From positions 54,714 to 118,713 of IMG/VR virus record IMGVR_UViG_3300011008_000071: 64,000 nt of DNA. The stretch is one strand, 5' to 3'. The position numbers and the translations under genes are program-made. Below the pieces are notes generated by a model, which was given only the letters and a program-made list of their open reading frames with translations, did no database searches and was not told the DNA's origin. This DNA comes from a virus. Lineage: Duplodnaviria > Caudoviricetes. This document shows, in pieces, positions 60,590 through 64,000 of this stretch (its first letter is position 1; each line of letters begins with the position of its first letter).

Positions 60590-63226
60590 ATGATAATGAA
60601 TAAAGATCTTTATTCGAATACTGAATTTACGGAACTCAAAAAACGGATTAATGCAGAAATAATTCGTCGTGGTGGATATAAGTGGTATGACCCATTATCC
60701 ACACCCAAGATTGGAGAAGACAGATCGTCTCCAATGTCAATCCCTGATATAGGCAAACGAGTTCCCGTAGATGATAAAACATATACAATCAATAACCCGT
60801 CCGAGGGATCAATAGAACGGACTCGGAATATTCAATACCCGGCAAATGGCGAGAACCCTGGTGGATCCAACCCAGAGTTCATTAGCAATATTGGCTCTTC
60901 AGCTGCAGCATTAACTGTAGATGAGATCAAGAATATGATTGTCGGTCTAAGCAAGATACAGGATATCAATCTCTTTTATGGAAGGGATGAAAAGGCTGGA
61001 ATAGCTTTTAGAGATCCTCAGGCAATTGAAGATCTATTAGATACAATAGAGAATGATGTACTTAATAAACGTCATGAAGCAACATTTGAATTCCATATGA
61101 TTGATGGTAATCTTATCATTACTTCCTACAAGGACATTGATTTCAATGCTTCAATTAATGACAATGGAGAGTTGATAATCACATATACAGACGAGGAAGT
61201 TGAGAAGATAGAATCATTTGTGTTTACACAAAATGACGATGGGGAATTAATCATTACGGATAAGAATGGGCTTATGTGTTTCAGATACGATCCCAACGGA
61301 GATATCAAGGGATATCCAAATCCTGAATATCCCGTGGAGAATCCTCCTTTATATGAATTCCCCGTACAAGATGGCTATTACGTAATCCCATCTGGTGAAC
61401 GAGATGGAGAAGAAGTTGCAACATGGAATGGTCTTGGTCCGGACAATTTCTTTGATGACTATGGAGCAACACCAGGAGATGGGAATTACCATCCATACAA
61501 CCATGCTACCACACCTCAGACCAGGAGAGATTACTATATATATGACACATCTCGGAAAGGTAAGAAGATAATCGTAATCCAAGGTGGGATCAAAGCATCA
61601 TCGTATGGGCAGAACCCTCGTAATCCTAACCCAGGTAATGAATACAAACCAATGCCTATGTTCAGTGGTGTTCTTGGAACATGTAACAATGCATGCACAG
61701 GATTATGTCATGAGACATGCGATTCTCAATGTTCCGAATCATGTTCGGCAACATGCTTCTCCAGATGCGGAAATGCATGCACGGCCTCGTGTGGTAATGT
61801 ATGTACCGGATGTAGTACGATGTGTCACGCTTCCTGTCAAACGAAGTGTGAGAATGCCACGGGATATGCATGTGTCAAGTCTGGAGCAAAGACCGTAAAG
61901 ATCTATACCACAGGTGGAGCAGATGGTGTCCCTGCAAAAAATCATCTTGAGTACACAACACATACCTGTCAAGGATGTTCCTATTCATGTCAGTTCTACC
62001 CCAATAAGAAGACAGATTGTTGGGATGCCGGATGTATGGGTAAATGCTTCACATCATGTGATACAGCATGTTCTACATCTTGTCTTGGTGGATGTATTAA
62101 TAATGATGCACGGAACGGAAAGGGACAAGGCTGTTCCGCAGGCTGCACAATCAACTGCTCTGGAGTGTGCCAAGGAACATGTGAAGGACTATGTACGGAA
62201 ACATGTTTCCATCAGTGCAAAGAACTGTGTTCTGATACTTGTGAATGGACATGCGAGACGGCATGTGGTGCAGGATGCGATACAGGATGTACCAACGGTT
62301 GTACCGGTTGTGACGGTACCTGTGAATCATACTGCACAGGAGATTCCGACATGTATGGCTGTACAGGATGCAGCACCAAAGGTGGATGTACATCAGTATG
62401 TCAATTCGACTGTAACAGCAATTGCATCAATAAGGGATGTAAATCAATGTGTGGCATAGACAGTGCTGGAGCATGTTCAAATAACTGCCGTATCTCATGT
62501 TCATCTTCGTCATGTACTTCCCAGTGTTCCAACCAGTGTACAGACGAATGTACTACATGTGTGAACACTTGCGGTTGGGGTTGCGGGGCATGTAGTTCCG
62601 CCTGCAGTAATGGGTGTGAATCGACATGCAATATTACATGCACCGCTACATGCGAGAATTCATGCAATACGAATTGTGTTCAATCATGCTCTGAAGAATG
62701 CGCCGGATGTTCGAATTTATGCTACTCGTGTGTGGGAATGTGCATTGGGGTATGTTCGGTGAAGTGTTCCGGTAACTGTTCATCATGTACAAATCAGTGT
62801 AGTTGGTGGTGCGATACACAGTGTAATCAGGCTTGTTTCTCCAACTGTGATGATCAATGCCTAACATCTTGCAATGGAACGTGTGCAACATTCGCAGATA
62901 TGGATGCAAATCTTCCTGGACCGGAAAGAGGACCTACTTCCCCTGGTTATGCGAACCCGAATATTACAAACCGTATCGAAGAACAAGAATCATTCCGCCT
63001 CATCAGAACCTTATACAGTTCCGAAACATTCAATGTATATCTTACCGAAGATAAGGAGCTATATGTGGAATATGATGAAGAGGAAGACTTTGTCATTGAC
63101 TTAGTAATCGATGATGACGGAAACTTAGTCCTTAATTCGAATAACACACCATTCGACATTACACTCAAGAAATTACATTTCGAAGTGAAAAATGGCGAAC
63201 TAACAATGACAATACAAGAGGGATGA
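60590..63226 (+). CDS. CXXX-repeat Cys-rich protein, probable radical SAM substrate and virion component
   Basis: About 88 Cys (hand count) in CXXX/CXX spacing at 61682-62884; two copies of the GELII module; AGGAGG RBS. Confidence 0.8.
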   Translation: MIMNKDLYSNTEFTELKKRINAEIIRRGGYKWYDPLSTPKIGEDRSSPMSIPDIGKRVPVDDKTYTINNPSEGSIERTRNIQYPANGENPGGSNPEFISNIGSSAAALTVDEIKNMIVGLSKIQDINLFYGRDEKAGIAFRDPQAIEDLLDTIENDVLNKRHEATFEFHMIDGNLIITSYKDIDFNASINDNGELIITYTDEEVEKIESFVFTQNDDGELIITDKNGLMCFRYDPNGDIKGYPNPEYPVENPPLYEFPVQDGYYVIPSGERDGEEVATWNGLGPDNFFDDYGATPGDGNYHPYNHATTPQTRRDYYIYDTSRKGKKIIVIQGGIKASSYGQNPRNPNPGNEYKPMPMFSGVLGTCNNACTGLCHETCDSQCSESCSATCFSRCGNACTASCGNVCTGCSTMCHASCQTKCENATGYACVKSGAKTVKIYTTGGADGVPAKNHLEYTTHTCQGCSYSCQFYPNKKTDCWDAGCMGKCFTSCDTACSTSCLGGCINNDARNGKGQGCSAGCTINCSGVCQGTCEGLCTETCFHQCKELCSDTCEWTCETACGAGCDTGCTNGCTGCDGTCESYCTGDSDMYGCTGCSTKGGCTSVCQFDCNSNCINKGCKSMCGIDSAGACSNNCRISCSSSSCTSQCSNQCTDECTTCVNTCGWGCGACSSACSNGCESTCNITCTATCENSCNTNCVQSCSEECAGCSNLCYSCVGMCIGVCSVKCSGNCSSCTNQCSWWCDTQCNQACFSNCDDQCLTSCNGTCATFADMDANLPGPERGPTSPGYANPNITNRIEEQESFRLIRTLYSSETFNVYLTEDKELYVEYDEEEDFVIDLVIDDDGNLVLNSNNTPFDITLKKLHFEVKNGELTMTIQEG

Positions 63227-63486
63227 ATAGTATGATTTGTAAGATCATATATGGAGCATTCCCAGAAAATTATACCGATATGGACATTAGCAAGAATAAT
63301 GCATTACGGGAACTTCTGGGGATGAATGATGAGCTGGACAACGAGTTCAAACGGCAGGAACTCCATACTATGGAAGCAAAAAATAAAGCTCTTTCATCGA
63401 TAGGAAATTCTGTGGATGTAAACAGCATCTCGTTTGGTTCAAGTGCATTTTCAGACAAAATAATATTTACAGTAGAAACATTATGA
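63223..63486 (+). CDS. small hypothetical protein coupled to the Cys-rich gene
   Basis: ATGA overlap. Confidence 0.55.
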   Translation: MNSMICKIIYGAFPENYTDMDISKNNALRELLGMNDELDNEFKRQELHTMEAKNKALSSIGNSVDVNSISFGSSAFSDKIIFTVETL

Positions 63487-63523
63487 GTATGGAGTCCCGG
63501 AACATTCCGGGACTCCTATCTTC

Positions 63524-63736
63524 TCATTCTGCTACAGGAGTAGCACAGTCGTCGATAAGAACCGGACGGGACAGTCGGTCTGCGATCTTTGTTACAATGA
63601 TACTACCAGCAGCGCTACATGCTCCGCTTACGAGACCTGTCGCTGCTGCTACACCGATTGCCTTTGAAATTGCCTTCTTGGAATACTTGGATCTGTGATG
63701 GCCTAACTTCTTAATGTTAAATACTTTCTTTTTCAT
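63524..63736 (-). CDS. small basic/hydrophobic protein
   Basis: GGAGG RBS; upstream TATATTAT. Confidence 0.55.
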   Translation of the reverse strand: MKKKVFNIKKLGHHRSKYSKKAISKAIGVAAATGLVSGACSAAGSIIVTKIADRLSRPVLIDDCATPVAE

Positions 63737-63845
63737 GATATTTTCCTCCAGTCATGATATAAATTTGGATACATACTCTTTATGTACCTCAAGTTAATAA
63801 TATATGTATAAATGCGGAGAATATACGGTAATGACCCAAATATTT

Positions 63846-64000
63846 AGTATATCATATAAAGCCGGGCGCCAGGGATGGACGGGGCAGGATGTGGAATAGG
63901 GGCGCTATTCGGTGGTAGCTCGAATCACGGTGCTAAGGATGGTGCATTCGGTTGCTCCCTGAATGATACTGTGTCTCGTTCCTACTGGACTTGTGGCGCC
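63846..64000 (+). repeat. DGR template/variable-repeat-like cassette, copy 3 (different variant; runs off the window)
   Basis: Same 51-nt leader as copy 2; repeat reads GALFGGSSNHGAKDGAFGCSLNDTVSRSYWTCGA with 22 substitutions relative to copy 2. Confidence 0.85.

Noticed and set aside
61584-63168. Alternative-frame ORFs over the Cys-rich gene
   Set aside because: By-products of the TGT/TGC periodicity; no RBS.
16867-64000. The three repeat copies as a CRISPR array, tRNAs or IS ends
   Set aside because: No repeat-spacer periodicity, cloverleaf or transposase; the codon-patterned divergence fits DGR mutagenesis better.
1-64000. Many 60-240 aa antisense or nested ORFs (e.g. 5279-5893, 29046-29750, 56654-57370)
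   Set aside because: They shadow well-supported genes, lack RBSs and have no recognisable motifs.
1-64000. DGR reverse transcriptase, Avd, CLec target, chimallin, tRNA or rRNA genes
   Set aside because: No RT-type YxDD context or other diagnostic motifs were recognised by eye; such genes may lie outside the window or be too diverged to see.

Overview
This window is a 64-kb segment of a phiKZ/AR9-related jumbo phage genome. The host is probably an anaerobic Firmicute (inferred from strong AGGAGG ribosome-binding sites, a radical SAM enzyme and MucBP-like domains). Core genes include a primase, a PhuZ/TubZ tubulin, a BCS1-like AAA+ ATPase, a UvsW-like helicase, a RecA/UvsX, RtcB, uracil-DNA glycosylase, a cold-shock protein, a YqeK-like HD hydrolase, a lytic transglycosylase, holin-like proteins and several large putative virion proteins. 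The RNA polymerase beta' gene is split inside its catalytic DYDGD motif by a group I intron that carries an antisense GIY-YIG endonuclease. Two systems stand out. (1) Three dispersed non-coding cassettes (16.9, 37.5 and 63.9 kb) look like diversity-generating retroelement (DGR) template repeats. They already carry the adenine-mutagenesis pattern, and two of them have their own promoter-like motif and an invariant leader. (2) A CXXX-repeat radical SAM/SPASM maturase has a mini-intein inside its CxxxCxxC motif. It lies between a tail-fibre-like gene and an 878-aa protein with about 88 cysteines in CXXX repeats, and that protein shares a repeated module with putative virion proteins. All calls come from reading the sequence by eye; no searches were run.
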